DNA of 64,000 bases from an uncultured Chloroflexia bacterium (lineage in GTDB: Bacteria; Chloroflexota; UBA6077; JACCZL01), in assembly GCA_963765765.1 (NCBI GenBank), contig CAVXYC010000028.1:128001-192000 (forward strand), written 5' to 3'. The notes under the pieces are model-generated. The model saw only the letters and a list, made by a program, of their open reading frames with translations. It made no database searches and was not told the DNA's origin. The position numbers and the translations under genes are program-made. Positions 8,931 through 19,217 of this stretch are shown piece by piece (position 1 is the first letter of the stretch; each line of letters begins with the position of its first letter).

Positions 8931-9929
8931 ATGGCTGTTGAGTTTCGCGATTACTACGACGTCCTTGGGGTTCCACGCTCTGCGGACGAGAAGGCCATCC
9001 GAACCGCTTACCGAAAGCTAGCGCGACAGTTTCACCCAGATGTGAACCCGGGTGACAAAAACGCCGAACGGCGATTCAAAGAGGTTAACGAGGCCTACGA
9101 AGTTCTTTCTGACCCGGAAAAGCGCTCGAAATACGATGAGCTTGGAGCTCGCTGGAAGGACTACGACTCCTGGCAACGCGCCCAGCAGGCCGCCGGCCAG
9201 ACAGGCGCTACACCGGGCGAATGGTCTGACATGTTCCGCAACCGGGAGCAGGCAGGCCGCTCCCAGTATTACACGACAAATGCGGAAGACCTGGAAGACC
9301 TATTCGGGACGGATCGGCCGTACTCGGACTTTTTCGAGACGTTCTTCGCAGGCGGACGCCGCTCCAATCGACCGTTGCGAGGTCGAGACATCGAAGCCCT
9401 GGTTGAAGTCGATTTCCCCGAGGTGATCACTGGCTCGACGAGGTTGATAGAGGTTCCCCGAGCCGGCGGTAGCACGCGGCGAATCGAGGCGACCATTCCC
9501 GCGGGGGTAGACGACGGTACGCGCATTCGCCTGGCGGGACAGGGCGAGCCAGGGGAGAATGGCGGGCCGGCCGGGGATCTCTTTCTTGTCACTCGAGTGC
9601 GATCGGATGGCCGCTTTGAACGCGACGGCGCGAATTTGAAGAGCGTTGCACACGCTCCGTTCACCCGCATGCTGCTCGGTGGGGAGATCGAGGTGGTCAC
9701 TCCCACTGGGCGAGTCGCTTTGAAAATCCCGCCTGGCACTACAGATGGCCAATCGTTTCGGCTTCGTGGACAGGGCATCCCGCGCATGGGAGCCAGTCAG
9801 GGACGCGGAGACCTTCACGTGGAAGTGCACGCGACGCTCCCAACCAAGCTCACTGCTGAGCAACGCGAGCTCGTAGAGTCATTGGCGTCTCTGGACGACG
9901 CGGCCTCATCAGCGGAGAGCGCCGCATGA
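8931..9929 (+). CDS. cbpA: DnaJ-class (CbpA-like, no zinc finger) co-chaperone
   Basis: [11 protein letters not shown] motif, [20 protein letters not shown], DnaJ C-terminal IRLAGQG/GDL; no CxxCxGxG repeats. Confidence 0.85.
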   Translation: MAVEFRDYYDVLGVPRSADEKAIRTAYRKLARQFHPDVNPGDKNAERRFKEVNEAYEVLSDPEKRSKYDELGARWKDYDSWQRAQQAAGQTGATPGEWSDMFRNREQAGRSQYYTTNAEDLEDLFGTDRPYSDFFETFFAGGRRSNRPLRGRDIEALVEVDFPEVITGSTRLIEVPRAGGSTRRIEATIPAGVDDGTRIRLAGQGEPGENGGPAGDLFLVTRVRSDGRFERDGANLKSVAHAPFTRMLLGGEIEVVTPTGRVALKIPPGTTDGQSFRLRGQGIPRMGASQGRGDLHVEVHATLPTKLTAEQRELVESLASLDDAASSAESAA

Positions 9930-10204
9930 CATCAGTGGAGCAGCAGGTCACACTTCGGCTGAGCCGAGAGGATGCGGCTCAAACGGTTGGCATTACCATC
10001 ACCAGACTCGTCAGATACGAACGACTTGGCCTCATATCCCCACCCATTGAAAATCGTCGGCCACGTTACGGGCCGGGGGAGCTCGCTCGCTTACGCAAGA
10101 TCCGTAGGCTTACTGAGGACCTCGGTGTCAACCTCGCTGGCGTCGAGATCATCATGCGACTACTCGATCAGATGTCGGATTCGGAGCGACCTTTCAGACG
10201 CTGA
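9926..10204 (+). CDS. cbpM: CbpM/HspR-like MerR-family chaperone modulator
   Basis: [28 protein letters not shown]; ATGA overlap with the DnaJ gene. Confidence 0.75.
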   Translation: MTSVEQQVTLRLSREDAAQTVGITITRLVRYERLGLISPPIENRRPRYGPGELARLRKIRRLTEDLGVNLAGVEIIMRLLDQMSDSERPFRR

Positions 10205-10276
10205 CGCCGTCAGGCAATTCAAAGTAATAATCGGGCAGCAACTCAACCCGATTTGACCCCTAAGTGTGGAGCGCAA

Positions 10277-11002
10277 ATGAATACCCCAGTGTGGCTCATC
10301 GATCTCAGTGGTGAAGCAGAGCTTCCCAAGGGAACGTCCAATCTGGATGGCGTGATCGTCCGACCCGCCGATAGAGCGGTACTTGGCATTGGTATACGAA
10401 CGGGATTCATCAGCAAGCGAACGGTTTGGGCGGACATTAGCGACCTCATCAGGGCCAATGGCTCACGCGCCTGGCTCACCGTAAACATCGATGAGCTGGA
10501 TCAGCGGCCGACCGGACGGCGTGTGGCTGCGAACTGACCTCGCCATTCGACACGGGACGGAAACGCTGGGGATGATCGGATGGGCTGGCGTCACCGATGG
10601 CACCGTGGTGGAGCTGGGGATCGTGCCAATGGACCCCCGCATGCTGCCACGTCGCATCAGCGCCGATACGATTGTGGCGCTCAATGACCGAAGCGTTCAG
10701 ATAAACCTTGCGGACTTCGATGAGGCACCGTTGCTCAAAACGGATTCCGATCTCGAAGAGGAGATCCGTCGAAGACTTTGGGAAACCCGGGCTCGCTTCC
10801 CCCTGAAGCTCTGGTGCGCATCCGCGTTGAAGTCAATGGCGGCATCGTGACGCTGGGCGGAATGGTTCCGAAGGACGTCCATCGAGATCTCGCCATCAAT
10901 ATCGCGCACGAGCCTCTGGAAGTACGCGGCATCGTTAACCGAATAGAAACCGCTGAAAGCCTCGCGGCCTCCGCTCAGCAGTTCCGCGAACGGGTCGGGT
11001 AG
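10277..11002 (+). CDS. PRC-barrel-like/BON-domain protein split by two frameshifts
   Basis: Three consecutive overlapping ORFs (10253-10537, 10491-10850, 10778-11002); joined C-terminus D..LEEEIRRRL...IRVEVNGGIVTLGG.V...VRGIVNRI is a BON domain. Confidence 0.6.
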
Positions 11003-11023
11003 GCTTTAGACGCTTCGGTAGCG

Positions 11024-11731
11024 TTAGACGTCTATTGTCACGAACGGCTGCTCAGGCGATAGACGCCGCATGAGCGGAAGCGCACAGTTGTATACGAGTC
11101 TGCCACCTGGCGTTGAGCCTCGTGGCATCCCGTAGTGTGAGTGCCCGTGAAAAACGGCATCCACGGGAAAGCGGTCGATTGGCTCAGCGAGTCGTGACGA
11201 GCCGAGATATGGAATGATCTCGAGTGGCTCCCCCTCCACTGTCTCGTGAATCGGGGAATAGTGAAGGAGCACGAGGGTTCGGTCCGCATGCACTTGAGCA
11301 AGCTGCCGCTCTAATTTCATCGATTCTTCAACGGCTGCATAGACGAACTGCTTGATTGCTGGCTCGCCCCAGGGCTGTAGCATGCATTGTCCGAAGCCAC
11401 CGCAAAAGCCTTTGACTCCAACTATGCCGACGCCATCGATATGGCAGCTATCCGTGTCAAGGAAGCACACGCCGGCCTCCTCGAGCATCCGCATCACCAG
11501 CTCTTCTTGCCCCGCCTCGTAATCGTGGTTTCCGAGCACAGCGAACGCGGGAATCCGTGCGCCCACGATCTGCTCGGCAAGCACCTCGGCCTCGGTCTCA
11601 AGGCCATGATCGGTTAGGTCGCCGCAAAGTAGCAGGACATCAGCGGATGCCGCGATGACCAGCAGGAGCTCTCTCAGGGATCGCTCATGTGCCTCACGCA
11701 CATGGAGATCTCCGACTGCCGCCACGCGCAC
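11024..11731 (-). CDS. Calcineurin-like metallophosphoesterase
   Basis: GDLH, CGDLT, GNHD, LLHY, HGHSH motifs. Confidence 0.9.
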   Translation of the reverse strand: MRVAAVGDLHVREAHERSLRELLLVIAASADVLLLCGDLTDHGLETEAEVLAEQIVGARIPAFAVLGNHDYEAGQEELVMRMLEEAGVCFLDTDSCHIDGVGIVGVKGFCGGFGQCMLQPWGEPAIKQFVYAAVEESMKLERQLAQVHADRTLVLLHYSPIHETVEGEPLEIIPYLGSSRLAEPIDRFPVDAVFHGHSHYGMPRGSTPGGRLVYNCALPLMRRLSPEQPFVTIDV

Positions 11732-11734
11732 GAG

Positions 11735-12556
11735 TCAGGAGACCCTGGCCGAGGACTTCGCATCGCCGATCTCGTCGTATCCCCACTCCGCGAAATCAAC
11801 ACGATATTGCTTGTCTGAGAGAAGGTCACCTCGGCACGTCATGCCGAATCTAGAAGAAGGCTCGGTCAATCGACTCGCACGGCTCAGCAGCTCATCCATG
11901 ACTTCATTCGGGATAGCCCAAGTGTCCGAGGGATAGACGAACCGATAGTTCAATAGATGAGCCAGCAACACTTCCCAATGCGGATCAAACCGATCCAGCA
12001 ATCGCTGCCAATCGAGTCGGTCACCCTGGCAATGGATCAGGTGGTGCACGTCGGCGCCATCGAAACGCTCACGTTCTTGAATAAACGCTTTTGACCAGAT
12101 CATCTCTTCAGCCGGCATCAGGGGGACGAGCCTCCCAAGAACCGTCCCCAAAGGGGAGAAGGTAAACCACGATTCGTCAACGTCACATATCCCATTGCCT
12201 GAGGAAAAGATCAGGTCGATGTATCGGTCCCCATCGAAAATCTTCGCAATCCAGTTAGGGTTCGTGACCTCAGTTCTGAAACCTGCCTCACCTAGCACCT
12301 TCAAGATGCGAGGATATTCGGACTTGAGACAGAACACATCAAGGTCCTTCGTTGGCCGATGAATCCCCGTGTACCGGCGCAGCGCGTACGTTCCGCCTAC
12401 GAGAAAACGGCAACCCGATTCCTGAAGTAGGTCAATTGCTTGACCGTAAAATGCCGCCGCGGCGCAGCAGTCCGAATGCGCGTTGCAGTCTGGTCCGGAG
12501 CATGCAGTGGGCGGCAATTCAGATGAACAAGGTAGAGGAGGTGTCATGAGTGTCAT
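11735..12556 (-). CDS. Nucleotidyltransferase-family protein
   Basis: FLVGGTYAL...TKDLDVF, IDLIF, SKAFIQERERFDGADV; Cys-rich N-terminus; 3 nt gap to the phosphoesterase gene. Confidence 0.8.
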   Translation of the reverse strand: MTLMTPPLPCSSELPPTACSGPDCNAHSDCCAAAAFYGQAIDLLQESGCRFLVGGTYALRRYTGIHRPTKDLDVFCLKSEYPRILKVLGEAGFRTEVTNPNWIAKIFDGDRYIDLIFSSGNGICDVDESWFTFSPLGTVLGRLVPLMPAEEMIWSKAFIQERERFDGADVHHLIHCQGDRLDWQRLLDRFDPHWEVLLAHLLNYRFVYPSDTWAIPNEVMDELLSRASRLTEPSSRFGMTCRGDLLSDKQYRVDFAEWGYDEIGDAKSSARVS

Positions 12557-12603
12557 AATTCCACTCGGCGTATGCGTTTTTTGCCGAATGCCGTTGCTCA
12601 AAG

Positions 12604-12620
12604 TGCAGACGCCGTGCCAA
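12604..12620 (-). promoter_or_regulatory. Putative sigma54 (-24/-12) promoter
   Basis: Minus strand TTGGCACGGCGTCTGCA: GG-N10-GC, one mismatch to TGGCACG-N4-TTGCW, about 50 nt upstream of the nucleotidyltransferase start. Confidence 0.55.
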
Positions 12621-12733
12621 TCGTCGAATCTCGCACAGGACCATCTCGGAGTCCGCGGGCTGGCGAGCACATTGATGAGTGAACGAAGAACGTTGCGGGA
12701 CGGCCCCGGCGTAGTGCTTAAGGAGTTAAATCG

Positions 12734-15700
12734 ATGCGCGTGGCGATAGGCTCAGACCACGCCGGGCTCCCGCTCAAGGAACCACTCAAGGCACTCCTCA
12801 CTGAGTCCGGTCACGAGGTCATCGACCTTGGAACGTTCACCTCTGAGCCGTGTGACTATCCCGATATCGCTCGCGCCGTCGGTGAAGCTGTAATCCTCGA
12901 ACGCGTGGAGCGTGGCATCGTGCTCTGTGGCTCCGCGCAAGGTGCGTGCATCGCTGCCAACAAACTGCCCGGAATCCGAGCCGCGTTCGGCGCAGATACT
13001 TACTCAGCCCATCAGAGCGTTGAGCACGATGACGCGAACGTACTCTGCATCGGCGCTCGAGTCGTTGGGCCGGCCCTTGCCAACGACATCGTTACCACCT
13101 GGATGCGTGCACAGTTCACCGCCGAAGAACGACATCTTCGACGCGTACAAAAAGTACGCGCGCTCGAGCGTCGTTCGCCTCTTGTGGAGTTGAATCTCGC
13201 CGGCCAGAGCCCCTGGATGGACAATATCTCGCTTGATCTCCTGGGGGGTGATTTTCGGCAGCTCATCGCTCGTGGCATTACCGGCGTGACGTCAAACCCG
13301 ACAATTATGGAGAAGTCCATCTCCTCCAGTGCGTCGTACGATCCGGTCATTCGGCAGCTCGTCAGGAAGGGAACATCAGCACGGGACATCGCGATTTCAA
13401 TCTGGGTGGATGACATCCGCGGGGCATGCGATCAGCTCCGTCCAGTCTTCGATCTGACTCAGGGTGCCGATGGATTCGCTTCAATTGAGGTCGATGCTGA
13501 GCTGGCCAACGACACAAAGGGGACGATTGAAGAGGGTCGTCGGCTCTGGAAAGAGGTTGACCGTCCGAATGTCATGATCAAAGTTCCCGCGACGCCAGCC
13601 GGCCTACCCGCGATTGAAGAGCTCACATCGGAAGGCATCAACGTCAACATCACGCTGCTCTTCTCGCAAGCCGTGTACGACAAAGTGATGGATGCGTACA
13701 TATCAGGCCTGGAGCGATTTTGCGACTTCAGCACGGGATCTGAACGCTTGCCTGCGAGCGTTGCCAGTTTCTTTGTCAGTCGAGTGGATACCAAGGTCGA
13801 TGCCGCCTTGAAAGCTAAACTTGCCGAACCGTTGACCGACGAGGAGCACGCTGAGGTGGACTCACTGCGAGGCACCGCGGCCATTGCGAACGCCAAACTC
13901 GCATATCAGCGCTACCTGGAACGATTCTCGGGACCTCGTTGGAATCGTCTTGCCGCTCGCGGCGCTAAGGTCCAGCGACCATTGTGGGCAAGTACCAGTA
14001 CCAAGGATCCCTCCTACAGAGACGTGCTCTACGTCGAGGAGCTCATCGGGCCAGACACCGTCGATACGATGCCCCCTGCGACGATTGAAGCTTTTGACGA
14101 TCACGGCTACGTCCGACAGAGCGTCACCGAGGGAGTGGACATCGCCAGGAAACAGCTCGGCGCACTTTCTAGGTACGGGATAGATTTAGACACCATTACC
14201 GAGCAGCTTCAGCATGAGGGCGTGGAGTCATTCGCGTCCTCGTTCGACACACTCTTGCAAGCCATCGACCGCAAGCGGGAAATGATTCTCCAAGAGGATG
14301 AAGATCGCCTCACCATGGATCCAGGCTCTCTCGCTCAAATTTCGCCTACCGGGCCTGACTCTGGAGATGAGTCTCTGGCAGAGCGCATTTGGAAGCGCGA
14401 CACGTCCGTCTGGACGACGGATCCTGAGGTGGCCGAATCGATCAGCAATCGACTAGGTTGGCTGGATGTTCCCCAGCAGATGAAGCAAGCGATCCGCCGA
14501 CTTCGGGCATTTGCTGATCAGGCGCATGACGATGGCTACCAGCACGTAGTGTTAATGGGTATGGGCGGGAGCTCGCTAGCGCCTGAGGTCTTCAAACGCA
14601 CTTTTGGCAATGCGCCGGGCTTTCCGGGGCTGACAGTGCTGGATACCACAGTTCCAGCAACCATACTCGCCACCGAGCGGGCCATCGACCTTCAGAAAAC
14701 GCTCTTCATCGCGGCCAGTAAGTCAGGGACGACAGTTGAGACGCTCACACACCTGGCCTATTTCTGGGAACGAGCTGGGAAGCGGGGCGAGCAGTTTGTC
14801 GCCATCACAGACGCCGGTTCGCATCTCGAATCGCTAGCTCGGGAGCGCGGATTTCGTGACTGCTTCATCAACCCAACCGATATCGGCGGACGCTACTCCG
14901 CATTGTCATACTTTGGACTCGTGCCCGCGGCATTGCTCGGTATGGACTTGAACGGCATTATCGAACATGCGCTGAATCATCGCACCCTGTGTCAGACTTT
15001 CGATGGTCACTCAGCGAACGTAGGGCTGCGGTTGGGTAGTTTTCTTGGCAACGCGGCACAAGCGGGTCGTGACAAGCTGACCCTTGTCACTCCGCACTCC
15101 GCATCGGCCTTCGGACTCTGGGTGGAGCAGCTCATCGCTGAAAGCACCGGGAAGAACGGAAAGGGCATCGTGCCAATTGTCGGCGAGAAGCTCGGAAGTC
15201 CTGATGTTTACGGCAGCGACCGAGTGTTCGTGAACCTGCCGTCAGATGACGACGAGCATCGCGAGCTGCTCAAATCAATTGCCGCCGCTGGACATCCGGT
15301 GGCTCACTTCAAGCTTGAATCCGCATACGACCTCGCGGGTCACAGTTTTAGCTGGGAATTCGCCACGGCGGTGGCGGGCGCCGTGCTGAAGATCAACCCT
15401 TTCGACGAGCCAAACGTGCAGGAAGCAAAGGATCGCACCAAGCTGGCATTAGACGCCTTCGAGCAATCTGGGGAGCTTCCAAACGTGGCATCCAGCACAC
15501 TCAATGAGGTGGCTGCATTTATCCGATCCGCGGGTGAAGGGGATTACCTGGCCTTCCTGGCTTTCCTGCCGTACGAGGAGGACATCAAGGATTCGCTTCA
15601 AAAGCTGCGTATGGCGTCCCGCGACGCCTGTCGCTCAGCGACCTCGGTGGGCTACGGCCCGCGATATCTTCACTCCACAGGGCAGCTTCACAAAGGAGGC

Positions 15701-15922
15701 CCAAATTCGGGAATGTTTGTGCAAATGGTTGGCGACGTTGCCGAGGACGTGCCGATCCCCGGATCGCCCTACAGTTTCGGAATCCTGAACGGCGCCCAGG
15801 CAGTAGGCGACTTCCAGGCGCTGGAAGCGCACGGTCGCCGAGTGATTCGCCTGAATGTGGGACAAGATCCAGTCACGAGCCTGACTCAGCTCACGCGACT
15901 CATCACGAGCGAGGGCAAGTAG
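12734..15922 (+). CDS. Trifunctional fusion: ribose-5-phosphate isomerase B + transaldolase + glucose-6-phosphate isomerase
   Basis: RpiB GSDHAG, DYPD, CGS, NVLCIGAR, RH.RRV.K; Tal GQSPWMD, TSNPT, MIKVP, NITLLFS, SFFVSRVD, LWAST; PGI GMGGS, SKSGTT, GGRYS, QLIAESTGK, NPFDEPNV, HSTGQLHKGG; AAGGAG RBS. Confidence 0.9.
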   Translation: MRVAIGSDHAGLPLKEPLKALLTESGHEVIDLGTFTSEPCDYPDIARAVGEAVILERVERGIVLCGSAQGACIAANKLPGIRAAFGADTYSAHQSVEHDDANVLCIGARVVGPALANDIVTTWMRAQFTAEERHLRRVQKVRALERRSPLVELNLAGQSPWMDNISLDLLGGDFRQLIARGITGVTSNPTIMEKSISSSASYDPVIRQLVRKGTSARDIAISIWVDDIRGACDQLRPVFDLTQGADGFASIEVDAELANDTKGTIEEGRRLWKEVDRPNVMIKVPATPAGLPAIEELTSEGINVNITLLFSQAVYDKVMDAYISGLERFCDFSTGSERLPASVASFFVSRVDTKVDAALKAKLAEPLTDEEHAEVDSLRGTAAIANAKLAYQRYLERFSGPRWNRLAARGAKVQRPLWASTSTKDPSYRDVLYVEELIGPDTVDTMPPATIEAFDDHGYVRQSVTEGVDIARKQLGALSRYGIDLDTITEQLQHEGVESFASSFDTLLQAIDRKREMILQEDEDRLTMDPGSLAQISPTGPDSGDESLAERIWKRDTSVWTTDPEVAESISNRLGWLDVPQQMKQAIRRLRAFADQAHDDGYQHVVLMGMGGSSLAPEVFKRTFGNAPGFPGLTVLDTTVPATILATERAIDLQKTLFIAASKSGTTVETLTHLAYFWERAGKRGEQFVAITDAGSHLESLARERGFRDCFINPTDIGGRYSALSYFGLVPAALLGMDLNGIIEHALNHRTLCQTFDGHSANVGLRLGSFLGNAAQAGRDKLTLVTPHSASAFGLWVEQLIAESTGKNGKGIVPIVGEKLGSPDVYGSDRVFVNLPSDDDEHRELLKSIAAAGHPVAHFKLESAYDLAGHSFSWEFATAVAGAVLKINPFDEPNVQEAKDRTKLALDAFEQSGELPNVASSTLNEVAAFIRSAGEGDYLAFLAFLPYEEDIKDSLQKLRMASRDACRSATSVGYGPRYLHSTGQLHKGGPNSGMFVQMVGDVAEDVPIPGSPYSFGILNGAQAVGDFQALEAHGRRVIRLNVGQDPVTSLTQLTRLITSEGK

Positions 15923-15925
15923 CGC

Positions 15926-16423
15926 GTGGGCACGGAGCGGGCACAGCGAGCCGTGGCTAGTCTGCTCGCCAGGTGGCGCGGGCTATGTTTCCTTGTATGC
16001 CTGATGCTCGGCGTTGCCCTCATCCTTGCGTGTCAATCAGCCGGTGGAAGAACCTCGTCGACGGGGGGAATTGCCGTTGCCACGAACATCGAGAATGCAT
16101 CCACCGAAGCCGAACGTCAGCCTTTGGCCCAGAACGCGACCTGGGCCCCAGGACAGCTTCAAGAGCACTTCTCGAAGCACGGGCAGGAAGGCCCCTATTC
16201 GAATGTCGCGGACTATGATCGCGCGGCTCGTGACACAGTAGTTGTGGGAACTGCGTTTACCTACGTGGATCGGGAATCGCGAGTGCAACGACAAGGTTAT
16301 TATCACAGCCCAACGAATCGATTTACTTCACTCACTTCGGACGGACAACGGATCACGACATTTTTTCATCCGGACCGTCGCGAAAGCTACATCCGCGGCC
16401 TGGAGAGATCGACGTATAAATGA
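15926..16423 (+). CDS. Putative lipoprotein with C-terminal HFxKHG (toxin/RNase-like) domain
   Basis: Basic N-terminus, hydrophobic stretch and ILAC lipobox; LQEHFSKHG..Y...A ... Y....NRF...G.RITTFF.P pattern. Confidence 0.55.
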   Translation: MGTERAQRAVASLLARWRGLCFLVCLMLGVALILACQSAGGRTSSTGGIAVATNIENASTEAERQPLAQNATWAPGQLQEHFSKHGQEGPYSNVADYDRAARDTVVVGTAFTYVDRESRVQRQGYYHSPTNRFTSLTSDGQRITTFFHPDRRESYIRGLERSTYK

Positions 16424-16734
16424 CGCAGGAAACAAGCACGTTCTCGATCATTCGGCGACTTCTTGAAGAACGCGGAGTTCGCCGATATACACTGTTCCTT
16501 CTACAGCAGGAGGGAACGATGCTTTCCGGCAACATCGAGGCGCTGTCCGGTTTTGCGCTCGATGAAAACGGAGAAGTTCACGGCTTCTGGCTTGGTTATG
16601 ATGAATCGGTGCAAGACTTTATTCTGGATTCCTTCTACAAGGTGGAGGAGCCAGAGGCGCGCTTTGGATCGGATACAGAATTCAAACGGGCTCAGCTACG
16701 ACTGAAACCGAGGAGTCGCGGTAAACGCGACTGA
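16420..16734 (+). CDS. Small hypothetical protein, candidate immunity protein
   Basis: ATGA overlap with the upstream gene; 104 aa with an acidic/aromatic core and no signal peptide. Confidence 0.5.
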   Translation: MTQETSTFSIIRRLLEERGVRRYTLFLLQQEGTMLSGNIEALSGFALDENGEVHGFWLGYDESVQDFILDSFYKVEEPEARFGSDTEFKRAQLRLKPRSRGKRD

Positions 16735-16757
16735 ACCCGAAGGCTTGAGTTTTGACC

Positions 16758-16876
16758 GGGAGCGCCGACATCCTGTCGGCTCGGCCCACTGGAGGGTCGC
16801 CAGGAAGCCACAACACTGGATCAGGGGCGTTCGATGGCGACCCTTGAGGCCGAGCCGACAGGATGTCGGCGCTCCC
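16758..16876. repeat. REPIN-like inverted repeat
   Basis: Perfect 29-bp arms GGGAGCGCCGACATCCTGTCGGCTCGGCC (16758-16786 / 16848-16876), each containing its own palindrome, plus an inner 10-bp stem AGGGTCGCCA/TGGCGACCCT. Confidence 0.8.
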
Positions 16877-17020
16877 CAGCTCGAAGCTTGCCTGGGTCTA
16901 TTTGGGCTAGCAGTACGGTGACCGAAAATATGCGCTCTGCGCACCGTACGCATATCATGTGCTTGGGGAAATCGGCTTTGGCTACTACACGGGCCAGGTG
17001 GGGCTGACGCCCCGCACCGA

Positions 17021-18834
17021 TTGGAGCCACGCAACGTGCCGGGTTACCAGAAGCTCTCTGCATTCACAGTCGCCGCGACGTTCACACTGATCGTCATCGG
17101 CGGAATCGTGCGTGTCACCGGCTCAGGACTCGGCTGTCCAGATTGGCCGACCTGTCACGGTCAGATCGTCCCTCCGCTTGAGCGTACCGCGCTCATCGAG
17201 TACACGCATCGACTCGTCGGAGCGATAGTCTCACCGCTCATTTTGGCCACGACTATTGGGGCCTGGCTATGGCGACGCTCCGATCGCGCAATCCGTCTGC
17301 CGGCCACGGCGTTGCCGATTCTCCTGGCTGTCCAAATCGCCCTCGGCGCAATCGTCGTCTGGCTCGAGCTTAACAGCTTGGCAGTGCTCGTACATCTGGG
17401 CTTCGCCATTCTCATCCTGGGAGGCCTCACCTGGATCAGCGTGTTGTCCGGCGGCCCCTCGGCTTCGTCGGCCGCCGATCCAGTCGCGCTTCGAAAGTTT
17501 TATCGGTTGGCGCGCGCGGGAGCAGTTGGTGTTTTCCTGCTCATTCTCCTTGGCGCCTTTGTCCGGGCGCAGGGCGCGAGCTGGGCTTGTACCGGATTTC
17601 CGGGATGCAATGGTCAGGTGTTACCGTTTGGCGCCAATCGATTCATTGATATTCATCTCTCCCACCGAATGCTCGCGTACTTTGTTACGGCGCATCTCAT
17701 CGTGATCGCGGTGAAGGCCGTGAAGCTAAAAGTGCTCGATCTATCGGTTCGCCAGATTGCGATTGGAGCAGTAGCCTTGGCGCTGCTCCAGATCACCATA
17801 GGAGCCGTGGCCGTATCCACAGGTGTCGGCGTCGTGACTCAGGCACTCCATCTCGCAGGCGCGTCAGCGGTCTGGGTGGCCATCGTGGCGCTCGTCGCTC
17901 AAACCTACGTGCGGGTTCGAGCGCTTCCTGAGGCAACCTCTGAAGAAGCCGTGAGTGATCCAAAGTCTAGTCCGAACATTGTGATGGCCTACGTGAGCCT
18001 CACTAAGCCACGCGTGATGTCACTTCTTCTCATCACCACGCTCGCTGCCATGATGATCGCTCAGGGCGGCATGCCGCCTCTGTCATTGGTGTTCTGGACG
18101 CTGCTCGGTGGGGCGCTGGCCTCCGGCGGCGCGGCGGCAATCAACTGCTATTTCGATCGCGATATCGATCTCCTGATGGACCGAACGACGACCCGCGTGA
18201 TTCCCCCGGGGTGATCCGCCCGATTGATGCGCTGATCTTTGGCGTCACGCTCGGCGTACTTTCGTTCGTGATCCTGACAACCTTTGCGAATCTGCTCGCG
18301 GCCAGCCTCGCATTGGGAGCACTGCTCTTCTACGTGATCGTGTACACGAAGTGGCTGAAACGCTCCACGCCTAATAACATCGTCATTGGCGGCGCTGCCG
18401 GCGCTGTCCCGCCACTCGTAGGATACGCTGCCGTTGCGGGTCGTTTGGATCTGCTAGCGATCTATCTATTCGCCATTATCTTTTTCTGGACGCCGCCACA
18501 CTTCTGGGCATTGGCGCTGCTGATGCAGCCGCAATATAAACGTGCTGGTGTCCCGATGCTGCCGGTAGTATTAGGTGAGTCGGAAACTCGACGACAGATC
18601 GTGCTCTATAGTCTGCTCGTCGTAGCGCTCACGCTCGTCATCTTCTCGGTCCAGCTTCTCGGTCCGGTGTACCTGGTTGGCGCTGCAATTCTCGGGGCGT
18701 TGCTGCTCTACTATGCCTACAGGCTCTGGCGAGACGAGACATCCGATTCCGCCAGACGCATGTTCAAGTTCTCGATGCTTTACCTGACGCTCTTATTCAC
18801 AGCCATGGTGATCGACCGTCAGGTCATTCTCTGA
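17021..18834 (+). CDS. ctaB: Fused heme A synthase (CtaA/COX15) and protoheme IX farnesyltransferase (CtaB), one frameshift near 18205
   Basis: GSGLGCPDWPTC, EYTHR, HLSHR (CtaA); LTKPRV, NCYFDRDID..M.RT, YTKWLKR, GGAAGA.PPLVG, FFWTPPHF (CtaB); break at CCCCCGGGG. Confidence 0.85.
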
Positions 18835-18861
18835 CGCGACGCGTCCCGAAGGGTTGAAACG

Positions 18862-19185
18862 ATGGTGCTAAACGCCAAGGCCATGGAGTGGGCGGGTGGA
18901 TTTGGAATCGACTCGGCGAAGCTAAAGAGCGCCAAGGTCAAGATCTTTGGGAAGTGGTATTTTCCTGATATCCCAGCAAATCAGCCTCTGATCAACCTCC
19001 AGACTGGTGACGTGGAAACGTTCCCCAGTGGACTGCGAGCAGGGACGGTCCTATACGTGCTGGAGGATGAGCTCAAGCGGGCCAAGCTCGGTCCGTACGC
19101 TGAGCCGGCACCCGCAACCGCTGTTGAGACCGTTCCCGCAAAGGCCGACGTGCCGAAGGAAGCCGCGCCCAAGGAAGCCGAATAG
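18862..19185 (+). CDS. Hypothetical protein with Ala/Pro/Glu-rich tail
   Basis: Clean ORF lying between ctaB and sco. Confidence 0.6.
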   Translation: MVLNAKAMEWAGGFGIDSAKLKSAKVKIFGKWYFPDIPANQPLINLQTGDVETFPSGLRAGTVLYVLEDELKRAKLGPYAEPAPATAVETVPAKADVPKEAAPKEAE

Positions 19186-19217
19186 CGCGTCCTGCGCCCG
19201 CCATTCAGGCCAACCAG

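Noticed and set aside
18200-18214. Programmed frameshift in ctaA-ctaB, and similar breaks elsewhere
   Set aside because: The break falls inside the conserved CtaB domain, and similar single-base breaks occur in many unrelated genes; sequencing error is simpler.
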